A stretch of DNA of 64,000 bases from Raillietiella orientalis (Eukaryota), in assembly GCA_036172245.1 (NCBI GenBank), contig JAYWIR010000017.1, positions 3,410,001 through 3,474,000 of the forward strand. Reading direction: 5' to 3'. Shown here piece after piece: positions 1 through 13,100 of this stretch; position 1 is the stretch's first letter; the number at the start of each line of letters is the position of its first letter. The notes under the pieces are model-generated. The model saw nothing but the letters and a program-made list of their open reading frames with translations, ran no database searches and was not told the origin of the DNA. Position numbers and translations under genes: made by a program.

Positions 1-690
1 GAAATTGTTGATGGAGCACAGCGGCTCCGACGCGCACAGTAGACCTAAGAACTGGGTGCAGGAGCGAAACGCGAACCGAATCATCCAGTAGCTGGTTCCC
101 TGCGAAGTGTCCCTCGGGATAACTGGAGCACGCCGAAGCAGAAGGAAAGAGGGGAGTCTCATCCGGTGAAGCGAATGGCTAGAGGCCTTGGGAACGAAAT
201 GACCTCAGCCTACTCTTGAATTTTAAGCTGTTGACAAGTCCGGTTGGCTTGAACACCGAAGCTCGGACTGCCGGATTCACGAGCGCCACCAGTGGGCGAA
301 TTCTGGTGAGCAGAACCGAGGGATGAAGGAAACTGTGCGTTACGGCGCCCGCTGCGTCGCTCGTTCAGATCTCACGGATCCTACAGGCGTCGGTTGCTGT
401 GGGTAGCACGGTCCTGGCAACCGTGGAAGCCAAAGTCCTCCGAAGAGTGCGCAACGACTCACCTGCTGAGGCAACCTGTCCTGGAGACGGGGTGGCGCTG
501 AACCCAGCCATCGGGCAGAATCGTCTCTGGAAGCGAGTAGGAGGGTCAGGGCACAAGCTCGCTTGGAACTACCATCGCTGCAGATCTTTTGATGGTGGAA
601 AATACTTTGGTGAGATCCCGGAGGCCTGATGTGTAGGTAGGTTTCATGAGGATGATGACCTGTGAGCACGGTTTAGTCAATCCCAAGTCC
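1..690 (+). pseudogene. Degenerate 28S (LSU) rRNA fragment, arthropod-like; runs off the left edge
   Basis: Collinear with conserved LSU blocks: AGTAGCTGGTTCCCT-CGAAGT-TCCCTC-GGATA (88-121), GTCTCATCCGGT-AAGCGAATG--TAGAGGCCTTGGG (156-192), AGTGGGC-A--T-TGGT-AGCAGAAC (291-316), AAC-ACTCACCTGC (453-466), TGCAGATCTT (579-588). Many substitutions and indels fall in normally invariant positions. Confidence 0.92.
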
Positions 691-3600
691 ACGGAGAGTT
701 AAAACAAGAGGTGTGAAAGATTCTTCGATGAAAAAGGGATGACCAGGAGAACGCAGTTGTGGGGTTGATGGTTTGCCTCGAATGGGGATGCTTTAGCATT
801 TGTATTTATACTCACAACTCCAGCAGCTAAACTTCTGGAAAGCATCTCTGTAAGCCGTCGTAGCAGTTCATTTTCCCAGAGTTGAAACGATTCCAGCTAA
901 ATGATCACTCCTTCCTAATGACGGCCACTCGGCAAAATTGCATTTCTATCGCTGTCGTGCGTTCCGTCTTCTCACCTGAAGCTCCACTCATAGGACGCGC
1001 CACGATTCTCAACTCTGGTGTTTCTCTGCATCTAAGCACAATCAATCCATCCACTTAGGCAAGTTTGTGACCTGTGGACTTAGAAAAAGGCAGCTTCCTT
1101 CACGCCATGCTTTGGCTGCTCATGCTCATGGCACCGGTCGGCCTTACACTTCTATCCTTCACTTTCGGCCGTCACATTGTGACCCCTCCAGCTTGGTTTT
1201 CCAATATGTGTTCTCAGCTGAAGTTTATGCAAAGAAACTCCTTCCTACGTTTCTGTTGCTGTTGTTCCCTCATGTCCGTCTACAAAAGAGCAAGATTCGA
1301 ATGAAAAAGAACGTGCTCAAAGAGATTTCGTTTCCTATGAGAAGACCTCCATTAAAGATATTCTTTTTTTTCTTTTTTCTTCAAGCTCAGTTCACTTCAT
1401 TTAATGTTTTCACTCATGTTGAACAAACTCACCGGCATCTAACAAGTTTGGCTTATTTCCGATGCTTCCGATGCGATGTTCCTTTAAAGACGCTTCCATT
1501 GCACGTTGAATTATTCATATGTGAAAGCACATCGCGCGATTAAGAATCGGATGTGGCGCAAGGGTTTTCGGTGCGACCATTTGAAACGAAACCCGAAATC
1601 ACTGAAGAGCACCTCTTGTTCCACTCAGCATAACAGATTCCAAGCAATCCTTTCGGTTCACGGAAGGTACACCTCCAGCGTCCGAGATCAACGATCAAAA
1701 CAAGATGTGCATAATGAGACCTCCACAAAGTTATCGCACAGCTTTTGCGTGCAATCCTGATAAACAACCTGGTGGATCTTGTGCCTCCTTGGTGTCACAT
1801 GCTCAATCCTTCGGAGATCGCCATATTCGTTGCTTCGAGGGAAGAAGAATGCATCTTTACCTCCAGTTTGGAACTTCGAATCAAGCAGTCGTGTTGAAAT
1901 GGATTCTGAAAAGTGGGCGAGCTTTCCATGCTCATTTAGAGATTACGAATATCTGCTCTCGACACCTTCTGGCCCGGGTGCTCAATACGTTAGCTGAATA
2001 TTCTTCCTTGACTTCACACTGCTACGGATGGCGGGTCAAGGATCAAAATGACTTTTCTTGCTTTGCTGGTTCAAGCTGGCCTCACATCCTCCCATCTGCT
2101 TCTTAGACGAGCTTTGAAGATTTCAGTAAATGAAGTGGCAAACGGACACCTGCATATGCAGATGTTTTGTTCACGCAAATGGGAAATTTTGTTTTAGTCT
2201 TTTTTTTGCAAAAATGAATCAGAAGAAATGCTCTTATTTAATTTACAAACACATGATAGGACAGCAGCATGTAGCATTCCAAGCGTAATCGTGTCACCAG
2301 AAACTCGAAACTACAAGACCTTGGGAATGCCTACTGGTAAGCGGATCATTCAAAGTATGTCGGATTTCCAGATTTCTGAGTTGCAGATACTCGTAGCATG
2401 TGATTTCGAGGATATTTTTCGAGGATGAAGTTCTTCTGACTGCTGCCATATATCACGAGTTCAACACTTAACTGCAAGCAAGAAGTCTTTGCGAAACCTT
2501 GGTTCCTTCACGACTCTCGGATAGCCAGGAACTTCGATAGGAAACCAGTCAGTCACTTTGGAGGATCTCCACTTCCATATCGACAGAGACGAGCCAGATC
2601 TCTCTCCTGGTAGAGATCTCCTCTTTTCAGTAAGTTTTTTACCGATATAAAGAGAAGCGATATCTGAGCGATATGGGAAACTTCGCTTTTTTTGGTACAT
2701 GTCTTCATGACGAGGAGAAAATGTCAAGCTAGCTCTTAGTATGTTCATTCTTTTAGAAACAAACAAAGCAAGAACCTCTCGTAGAGCTCAACATGCTTTC
2801 ATGGGCAGACTGAGCGCTCAATTTTTGTACCGTAATCATGGAGGAAAAGCAATATTTCCGTGGAGCTGAGATTTACAAGTGTTATAGCAACGTAAGGATG
2901 GTTACCAGCTCGTATCGAAGATCTTGAGAACAGTGCAAAACAAGGTGTTTCAGACAATGATTGAATTAGGGCGCAAGTGTTGGTTTTGGAAAGAATAACA
3001 ACTTCCAGATACGTCCTTAAACTGTGAATGGGTGCGTGTGAGCTGCAGCCGAGAACCTGAGATCCCTTCTGCAGCTTGCTAGCTACAGCAGAAAGAACAA
3101 TAAGCTTAATGACATGCTGAGTTGAGGTGATGAGGGAAGCTGGTACGAGAAAAACCGATCTCGGTGAGATGTTCATGAAAGTCATAGGTGCTCGTCAAAC
3201 TGTACCCATCCGTTGCGGGTTCGTTGAATAGAGACGTGTGCTGATAGAAAAAATTCGGATCATGGTCTTCTGAAAATGCTTGGTCCAGACAGCGGTATGC
3301 TCTGCGTCTGTGGACCGAGCAAATCCTTCGCATTCGAGAATCGTTCGTTCGAAACCGAAGCTGAAAACTCCCGCCTCGATTTCCTCAAAGCTTCCCCATT
3401 CTTCGTTTCTGCCCTCTCATCTTCCGATTTCACCCGTAAATCCAGTTGCCTTTTGGAGGAATGCGAAAGATGCAGCACGGGCATACCTGTGTCAACACTT
3501 ACTGGAATCCTCCGTCTTACGTGAGCCACCGCGACTGCTCAGCGCTTCGAGCTTTCGCTGACTCATCGGGTAACAGCGGTGGCAGTCAGAAAGTGCCTTC

Positions 3601-5768
3601 CTTGCGGCACCCAAGGGTGAAGTTTTTCATCCCGCTGTCCCTGCCTGTCGAAAACAAGAGCGGAGCAGCTCCGTCTCATTTGCCGCGGCACACTTGTGGG
3701 GCACAAAAACCTAAGATTTTGTTTTCCTCACTCCGAAAGCCACAGTCTCATCGTTGCCAGCTCGTCGACGTCACGCTTGACGAGTGAAACGTTTCTTCTG
3801 CGTGCTTCTATACGATTCTCGACCAGGAGCAGGCCACGCAATCTCAAACGACCTCGTCATCAACCCTTTTTCCTCGTTCACCCGAAAAAATTTGGGCCTT
3901 TGCATTTTGTGACCTGCTTGCAGTCTCTTAACACCCTTTCTTCCCCAGTCCAAAAGGAATGCTCCCATCAAGTCTGAGCACCGCATAGGTTGTTGGCTGG
4001 TCGGGGAGGAAACACGTAAATGAAGCCCATTCGAGGGCGTGGCCGCTAACCTCTCCATACAGATTTTGTTTCTCTGAAGGAATTTGACCCCTACGAAGCC
4101 TTCACTTTTTCCTTCAGACAATAAACACTTTTCCTCTCGACGATTTCACAGTAGAAGGCCGCAACTGGTACTGGGAACCAGATCGGTCTCTGCATACTCC
4201 GTAGAAGAATAGCGCTACTTTTTTTGAACTAGTAAAATCGGTCGTGGAGGGGTTGCTAACGCAACTGGACTCGTTACTTACTGTGGCACTCACAGCTAAG
4301 TGATACAGATAATCATTCTGGGCGTGCTCGGTGACCCTTGTGAGCATTCGAGTGGATTTCGCATCTCCTGTACTACGTCTTTGGGGAGACACGGAGCAGG
4401 CTGCCTCAGAGAAAAGAAACGTGGCATCTTCGCCAAAGGAAAGCGAAGATCAGCTCACTGATTAAAGGACGTCTTTTCCACTGGTAGCTTTTCCTCTTTC
4501 CGTTTTTCTTCTTAGCTTTGCACAGATCCGTTTTCCTATTTCCTGGAACATTCTACCGTCTCAGGCCATGAACAGATCGTGTCTTGGGCGGAGGCGCCTC
4601 AACAGTGGGATCCTCGGACACGAATTTTCAGCCGTCGAGGAAACTCTTTCGCATTCACCAGATGGTTGCGTCACGTATTCAGCAGGCAGCTGTGTCGAAT
4701 TGCCGTTGCTATGGAAGGTAAGAGGAAAGAACAAACAGATATGCTCTCATCTTGCTCCACCGTCACGTAATAATGTGCTTCTCAGAGGCGGAAATCGTTC
4801 CAAGCTCTCTCAAAACAAACAAACTAAAGAATGGGCTCCAGTGGTCTCTTGCGAGGAAACCTCCCGTTCAAGCAGCCATTGATTGCGGATGTCAAAGAGA
4901 CGCGCAAACGGAACTCACGCTCGACCAGCATCCCATAAAGGCGAAAAGATGGTTGTCCTAAGACACGGGGCGGAGGTGCCCCATTTTTTCAAGTTTGCGC
5001 TCGATTGCCCATGCCGGAAAAAACGCCACTCTTCGATTTTCCATCCTCTGAAAACTCGGGAGGAGGGGAGGAAAAAGGAAAGAAAAGAAAGAAGGAAGGA
5101 AAGGAGAGGGAGGGAGAGAGAGCAAGATGATCTTCGAAAGTTTCACTTTTCCGGAACCATTCCCAGAATCTTCTTGGTCGAACCGCAAGACGAGGATCTC
5201 TTAATCTCATTAATGAATTCCCGCGTTGATTTCTTTCTGGTTTCCAGGCACTCGACAACCTGAGCGGACTTTTCCCGAAACACGGCAAAGGCGTTGCCGA
5301 TCTCGAGGGAACGATCCGAGGCATCCGAACGGAAGAGATTCACGTGTGGAGTGGAGGCGCTTTCGTCGGAATGACCCCCTCGGGCTCGTCAAGCACTGCG
5401 TTCGCTCGGCGACCGGTTGTCTCCCCCTCCCTCCTTCTCTTCCTTGCTCTCCCTTTCTTCTCCCAAGCAGGTTCTAGCTACTCTTTGGGAGCGTTTCCGT
5501 CTGAACCTGAAAGGCTGAGGTGACTCGTCGTTATCAACGGGCTGAGTGTCTCTCCTCGTGCAGCCACCATCCGATGCAAGGCGGCACACGCCCAGTCCCT
5601 CAAACTCGAAATCTGGCGCCATGGATTTCCTCAGTGCTTACGTCACGCTGGGAGACCTCCGAGCCACCAGTGTTGAGGGTGGACTCGACGAAAAAGTGGA
5701 CAAAAGCGATCGAGCAGCAGCTACCCGGACCAGCAGCTGGGGATATATCAAACAGGAAGCGGAGCCGA

Positions 5769-5801
5769 GAAGAAGAAGAAGAAGAAGAAGAAGAAGAAGA
5801 A
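5769..5801. repeat. (GAA)11 microsatellite
   Basis: Read directly; it produces the poly-R, poly-E and poly-S runs in the overlapping ORFs. Confidence 0.95.
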
Positions 5802-6539
5802 AGGTCCACTTGAAACCTTGGCAATCACCCGTTCCTCAAGGAGGTCGAATTTCCGTGGGATTACTGAGAGTCTGCGGATCTTCGGGGAAGGAGCTCTGCG
5901 GACCGAACTCCGGTTCGCAGGGGTTCTGCAAGATTCGCGTGCAGCAGCTGGATTCCGGCGCTTCCCTATCTGGCCGACAGGTGCCTACGACCGAGCCCTT
6001 CAGAGGTGCAGGCGGCTGGAACGGGAAGAGCGACACGCTCCAGCCGCCGTCCCCTCAGAGGAGAGAACGCTGTCCACCACCTCCCCCGAACCTGAGTCCT
6101 CCGGCCCCGCCCCGCCATCCCGCCTCCTGGAACGCTCTCAGACTCTCGGACGCCGAAGAAAAAAGGGGGGAGGAGTCTACCTTTTCCCCCTCATTCCCGC
6201 ATCCAAGCAGGACGGATTCCAGAACGGTTTCCGGGCAGACTCTGTGGACCCTCGCGCGCGCGCGCAGGCGGACGCTGCCAAGCGCGCCGAATTTCCGCGA
6301 CGGCGAGGTCTCTAAGAGGTTCGCATGGAAAGGCGAGAATGAAACCCCCTGGGAACCTGCGGGATCCTCTCCCAGGAAGGTAGGTCCAAGAAAAAAAGGA
6401 AGAGCAGGTAACGAGGCCGCCTTCGCTTCATCTGGGGGGAGATGATACAAAGGAAGGAGGGAGACCAGGGACCCACAGCAGGACGAGAATCGACGCCCAG
6501 GCAGCATCTCGTACTGCGGCCACCGAGCCAGGGAACATT

Positions 6540-7030
6540 TGGGACGAACCAGCCTGAGGGAAAGTCCTTCCAGTCGACGCGCCGGATGCTTAGAAGATCT
6601 GGGATGCTGCGGCCACGGAAACCGGGAATCTTTTCGGCCACTGGAGTACGGATCGCGCTCCTGCGGGGGTTCCCTGCAGCCACGGGGCCTCCTCTTTGCC
6701 AGAGAGCCATTCCATGTTTTGGCTCTCCGCCCTTCTTTCGCCTTCCTCCTTCCTTAATCCCGGCTCCCACCTTCCGGACCAGACTCTGCCGTCGAGAGGA
6801 GACCACAACAAGGCCGCAGAGGATTCCCCGGGGGGATGCGCGCTCGCGCCCCTGAGAAATTTCTGGATGCGAACCTTCCACAGTGCCCTTGCCTGCTCCT
6901 CCGGGAAGGTCTTCCGCGCGGAAGGCAGGAGGCGTGCTCCCTGCTGTTCTCCGAGGAGGATCCTTGATCATCCAAGCAAGGATCCACCGGATCCCTGCTT
7001 TGAAGAAAGGGGCGTCCTGGAGCACCTGAG
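6540..7030 (-). repeat. Highly diverged copy of the body of the 40-48 kb repeat family
   Basis: The reverse complement contains TCCAGAAATTTCTCAGGGGCGCGAGCGCGCATCCCCCCGGGG and CAGGAGCGCGATCC. These resemble TCCAGAGAATGCAAGGAAGCGAGAGCGATCCCCTGAGGG (~43048) and CAGGAGCGGATCC (~48164), in the same order. Confidence 0.4.
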
Positions 7031-9339
7031 GGAGTGAGACGTGTGCTGGAAGTACCCAACCGGGAAGCCTCGTCCCTGGGCGTGCGGTCTGCCTCCCCCA
7101 TCTCCGATGTATGCTCTTCATCTGTGCTTTCGAAAGGTCTCTGCCTGCCCTCCCCTCTCCCCGGGTCTTTGGCGAGCTTCTTGCTGCGAGGCGCCCCTCC
7201 GGACGACCGGAAGAGAGGTAGTCGAGATACCCGACCACCTCGCCGTCTACGGGGTGCGGGAGCTCGCGCAGCCGCTGCCGCCGCCCCACGCGGGAGGAGG
7301 GGAGGGATTGGCTCTCACCCGAAGGCTACCGGGAGCCTCCAGAGAATTCGGGAAAGAAACAAGGCGCTCCGCCGGCAAGCCCCTCCATCCCGTCTTTGTT
7401 CTTTGTGGGGAGGGGAGGAAAAGGAGGGGGGGACGCGATTTGTATATTCCCCTGACGGCTTTCCTTCCACAGATGCCCTTCCGTTTTTTTTTTTTTTTTG
7501 AGGATAATTGCAAATCCTGGAGAGAGGACGAAATCGATAGTATAAAATTGGACAGAGTTGGAGGAGGAGGAGCAAAAGAAGAAGAAAAAAGGAACAGGGA
7601 GCGGAAGAGGAGGGGAAGCACGGAAGCGATACGCGGCGAACGTGGGTCTCGGCGACCCTCATCAACCTCTACGCGCGAGTCCCGCAATTCTCCATCGGGC
7701 CATTCCCGAGCGGCGCTCTTCTGCGCTCTTCCATGAACAAAAAGGAAGGAGGAAATCCGTGAATTTCGGGGACTAGGGAAAAAAAAAAAAAAGAGAAGAA
7801 CGAAAAAGGAAAAAAAAAAAATATATTTCAAAATATCAATGGGTCCGCAGGGATAGGGAAGGGAATAAAGGTGGAAGAGAATTATACGACTAATGGCGAA
7901 CCCGAAAACAGAGGGGAAGGAGTTCGGATGAGGCAGGATGACGAGGACTTGGCCCTTGCAACCTGCACTTTCAACGACCCGGGGCCCGATACTACCAGCC
8001 TGCTACGGGCCGGAAAGAAGCCTCCACCATCGAGAAGAAACGGGTGTCCTCCAAGCCTCTCAGGAACCGTCGAGGACCCCATTCCCAGGCAACAGCAGCA
8101 GCTGCGATGAGTGAAGGGCGGTGGTTCGCCGCACAGGAGCAAAAAGCCCGCGCGTGGTCGCCAGCCGATCCTCCCGCCAAAGCTGGATCCTGCGGCGAGA
8201 AGGGACAACGGGGTATCGGCCCTGAGCTCACCTTCTACTTCTTCTTCTTCGGCGTTTGGGAAAGCACACAGGGTGAGATGGATCCCAGGGGCGTTGGGGT
8301 CCATGTTCGAGCTAGTGGGGGCTGCTGTCTATCTGGAAGTGGTCCATCCTGGGGAAGTTGAGGAATTTCTCCGGCACAAGACGATCACACGCGAGGTCCC
8401 TTTGAAAGTCCGGCTCTACAGTGGCAGCATCCACCGGACCCGATCGTCTCGGCCATCCGTCAAACAGGAGAACTAAACTGATGCCTGAGGGCTTTGCACG
8501 AAGATCTCTGCTCGGGCAGCTGGTAGCATCTGCCCCATCCTCTTCCCGGACACCCTTGGACCAACTCGCCTGCAGCTCTGCAGCAGGGAGAGTGAGGAAA
8601 GGCTCCTGAAAGCCACGCCCGATTTAGCCGCTGCTTCGGTCCTCAGAGTGACACGCAGAAGTTGTGACCAAGGACTGCCGTCCTATGTTGCTGAATGGAA
8701 GAGACGAGGGTCTTCAGTCCTCTCCATGCAAACTGCTCCCCCAACTGCATACATACATCATCCTTGCAGATGACTCCGAGGCCCGCAGAACCCCACATTT
8801 GCCATCACAACGAGGGCGTGGCAGCGCCCTCCCACTGCCTACTTTGGTTTCCTCCCCCTTCCCGAAGCACACAGCAGGCCCTCCGTCTCCTCCGTATTCT
8901 CGGGATGATTCCGGGGAAGAAAAAAACAATGAGACCATCAGCAGGAGCGATCTGGGTAACCTCATCCCGTGTCGCCAGGCCATTTAACTAAATAAATAAA
9001 ATTTCACAATGGAAAGGGACCCGACGGAAAGGGAGGAACCTCACTGGGGACAGAACTAGGGAGAGAACGGAGGGAGGAGAGGGAGAGAAAATAAATAAAT
9101 AAATAGGGATGGGATGGTCACGCGGAGATGAGAGACTCCTGAAGGGCTGCGTGGGGAGGAAGCGCTAGAGGTGAGAAGGGAGGGTCGGTTTCTAGGGTGA
9201 CCGCGATCGTTCATCTCCATTTTCGTTTCGTCATTTTTCCACGCTCGTGAATTGTTGAAGATCGCAGCAAACGCCCTGGCGTGGCCGCATGCGAAGCCAC
9301 AGTCATACTCTGATCCCGCCCTCGCGTCTCTTTGCTCTC

Positions 9340-10195
9340 GAAAGTGCCCCCGAGATGCGTTGCTGCAGCCCAGCGCATTCCAAAAGCACGGCGGACGGGT
9401 TAGCCACCACGTGTTCCTCCTCGGTGGTCGCTTTCCTCAGGGATGTTCCCCGCAGAGGCATGGCTGACGCGTTTCGAGCAAGTGCCCGCTGCATCAGCAA
9501 GATAGCTGATAGCGAAGGGGAAGGGAGGAAGGACTTCCATCTGCAAGTTCACCTGGGAGGTTCAACGGATGACCAGAAGGAGAGGAAAGCCAGGAGACAG
9601 CGGAAAGGAATAGGGACGGATACGCACGGGGCTCCGGGAAGCACTTTGCGGAAAGACGGAAGTCTTCACGAGTGCTCGTTGTGCTCGGGAAGAGGTAGAA
9701 GGAGAGAAGGGAAGCTGCTCGACCAAGGGGTCCAGATTTCTGAGCGGCTTCTGGGATGAGCTGTAGGGAAACCGCTTCCTTGGAACACGAAGAGGCGGGA
9801 GTCGACCCGGATCGCGTGCTGTGGGCGAGCAAGCAGCCCCAAACCAAGGTTGGCAAAACGCGCTGGGTACAGAGGAACGGTCAGCAAGGATACGGGATTG
9901 CACTGAGGCACCAAGCTCTGGACGCGTTCGGCAACCGCCTGAACCGCTCTCTGCAGAGTGCCCGACTGCTTGCAGCTCACGGGATGAAATTCCATCCGCG
10001 AGTGCGACTTGCGGTGGTGGAGCACCGAGACGTGGCTTCATCAGTCCGCGAAGGGGCAAGGAAAGGAAGGCAGGTGCTAATTCCGGTCGCCGCGGTTCCA
10101 CTTTCTCCGAACGGATGGGAATGGGACTGTGCAATGGGGGTGACTGGGGTCTTCTTCCCTCGAATATCGTCACGTCAGGCACTCCCCGCTGCGTG
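9340..10195 (-). mobile_element. Degraded non-LTR retrotransposon ORF2 remnant (RT to C-terminal Cys/His region; CR1/L2/I-like)
   Basis: Minus-strand motifs in the expected order across frameshifts: RGVP (~10185), FAD[+1]D (10052-10040), MEFHPVSCK (cf. WxMxFxPxKC; 9995-9969), NASRA, VLPTLVWGC (cf. VxPxLEYG; ~9859-9833), then CLCG...H...LLEC (9460-9375). Confidence 0.45.
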
Positions 10196-13100
10196 CCATT
10201 CCACCTCTGAGCAGAGCCAGCAAGGCTCGCATCAGGAAAGCATCAGGAAAGCAGGGGCGTGACTGTCCTTGGGGAGCAGACCAGCTCGCTCTTGTGCTGC
10301 CAAGGGGGAAAAAAACAAGCAGGATGCCCAGAACCACCGAAGCCCTGTTAAAATTTCGATTTTCCCCCAGAACAGAAGAAAGATCCTCCTTCCCTCTCAG
10401 CTGGCAGGATGAAAAGCAGTGCCACCAATGTCTCTTGGGGTGTGTGGGGGCTTAGGAACACGAGTGCGGGGGATTGCAGACGCTTCCGTCTCCCGGCACT
10501 GTGGTCGTCCGGTGGCATCGACAAAAAAAGGGAAGCTCTGTGCAGTCAGCTAGGACAGTGTTTTTTTTTTTTCCTCGGGAGTACCTTGATAAAATGTCAT
10601 TAGCCAGCGCTTGAGGACATATTTTTCCCGGGTGGATGTGCGTTCAATGTATGTCGACGCTATTTGTCTGCCTCTGGAGAATGCTCAGCGGAAGCCATAA
10701 ATTTGGAAGGATGGAAAAGTTGACGAAAATTCTTGTGCTCCTTGGATAATATATGAAAGAGAAAAGGAAGGAAAAAAAAAAAAAAAAAGAATGCCTGCCG
10801 ATTTTCTCGCATTTCCATTTCTTTCGCCGCATCGTTTCAAGTGCTTGTCTTGGTTTGACACGACAGGAATGTTCATCCTTGCTCGGTCCCGTGATCAAGG
10901 TGGAGAGAGAAGGCGTCTTGCGGGAAAGGCATCGGCGCACCCAGGATTTCGCTCGGCTATGCTCGCGCACACCTCGCACGCCACCACCCACACTTTCAGC
11001 ACACGGGGAACGGAACACATATCCAATTCGAGCGGGGGCAGCGCATTCACATCCACTACCGCAGGGGAGCAAGATGCAATCCCGAGGAGCAAAGCGCTGA
11101 TCTTGGGCACGATCGCTCATCACCGCTCATCAAGTTTGGTTCGCGTTGAAGGAGGAAACGGCATACAAATAAGCGTGACCTTTCGATAGGATGAAGATGA
11201 GACCAAGTAAAAGGGCGAAGTGGGAATGGAAATCGGCGGAAGGAGGAGGAAGAGAGAGGAGAGAGGAGTGGGAAAGGGTGTATCGTGTGCGACGGTCTTT
11301 ACAAGAGTCATCTTGCCGCGTGAGTGACGAATCGAACCATCGAGACTGAACTGGAACGCGAGTTGGCAAGGGGGAAATCGGTTGCTGGGCATCTGCGTTG
11401 GAGCGCTCAAAACGCCCTGCACGCTTCCCGCCGGATCACTGAGATCTGGACCCCCTTGCAAACTTACTGAAACCCTTGGGGTATAAGCGCAAGGCAGTGC
11501 GCTTTTCAGTACCTTCACGGAGCCCAGGAAAACAGATCGGTTCCAGATATTTCGCCCAAAAGATCCCACTTAATCGAAACCGCCTCCATATTGCGTCTGC
11601 TCGTTTATATCGATTGCCAAATAAAAAGATAGCAATATCTTCTTTAGGATTTCGAAAGAATCATTTACGTCAGGAAAGTTACAAGGAAGTCACGTTACAA
11701 TAATCGGTCACTGAAGATAAGAAACGGAAGCCAGTTTGACCATCCAGACACCTCCTAGAAGATAACTGCACTTGTTTGCAAAATCCTAACAGATAAATCA
11801 ATTAACTTGTGTATCAGATACGAAATAAGGGCAGGAAATATGTAGCGGATGCAGCCAGTTCCTGCTTCCTGCTTCTGGCTTGTTCTTACATCAGTTCTTC
11901 AGTTCTTAATTACTTATCCTTCTGTTCGACGCTGGAAAAAAAAAAGCTTTTCGATCGCAGTTTGGTGAGACATATCCGAGTTGACCCTTGTGACCGTGGG
12001 GTGACTTGACTCCGTGCCTCCCTGATACTGCTGAAAGGAGCAAACGAAAAGTTCCGTACGGTTCGCTTCGATCTCTCGATGGAAAGCAGAGACACACGTG
12101 GTAACTCAATTGGTCCACCCAGCATCGAGCAATAGCAATTGTTTTCCACGAGACAAGATGCTTCTTCTTTCTTTCTTTCTTGCTTTTTTTTTTTTCGTTT
12201 AGCAAGCATGAACAAGGTGAGAGAGTAGAAGGTTGTTCTTCATGAAGACGACGCCGTCATTGGATTTGGCATAGTTTTGATGACTCCCCCCACCCCCACC
12301 CTCTGAGCAGTAACCAAGTGTGAAGGATCCTTATGAAACGGGATCATGCTGTGCCGAATGCCTCGGCTCACAGCAGCAACGGTATCAGCAGTCCTAATGA
12401 TTTGCGGGAATGCAGGAGAAACGAGTTTACTCAAAAATCAGGACCGAGTGCTCACAGCAGCCACCTCAAGTGCAATGGCTCGCCATCGGGGTTGTCCTCC
12501 TCGGCAGAGTCGTCCCAGTTTTCCCGGAAAGGGATGCTGCGGAACGCTAATGCGAAACCGCGGGCATTGTAAAAGCACGGCCCTCACTAGTAGGTGAGCA
12601 GAACGCGCCCGGCGACTAGTAGGTGCACCGCCGAGCGGCTCGAGGATGGATGGGTTGCCTTCCGTCGTCTTCGTGCTACTGCGAAATCTCTTTGACTCCG
12701 AGCTCTGGGTGTCTGCGTAGCGAGCCCAGCATTTTGCGTCACATTAAAGTATCTCAGACCAACGTCCAACGAAGAGCTTTTTACATAAATTCTTGTTGTT
12801 TACTGGCTGAAAAAATTTTCAAGAGTCATCTGCGGAATTTTATTTATTTTCACATTTTCAATGGAATTCGATTCCTCTGAAAGCAATTTTTTTTTTTTTT
12901 TTTTGCTTTCAAGTTTTTATTCTTCACGGAAGAATGGCAGCAAAACACCACGCCACACACACACGTCTGCTGACCGACGAATTCGAAACGTCTTTGCTAT
13001 TAGGAAGGAAGAAAATAACTCTTATTTTCACAAACCCTGGGATTCCGGGTGCTTTAAAACGGAAAATTTTTCGAAAGTTTCGAAGATTTTCTCATCCTCG

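Noticed and set aside
5546..7831. Long ORFs of 299, 325, 231 and 194 aa
   Set aside because: Arg/Pro/Gly/Ser-rich, overlapping on both strands and crossing microsatellites and homopolymers; expected from GC-rich low-complexity DNA.
8370..8490. NACHT-like Walker B (VLLFDGW) followed by SRVIVLCR on the minus strand
   Set aside because: The acidic DE pair is absent without invoking a frameshift, and no Walker A was found upstream.
10930..11120. RING-like PRDCILLPCG / VACEVCA
   Set aside because: The first Cys pair and the His are missing, and the pieces are in different frames.
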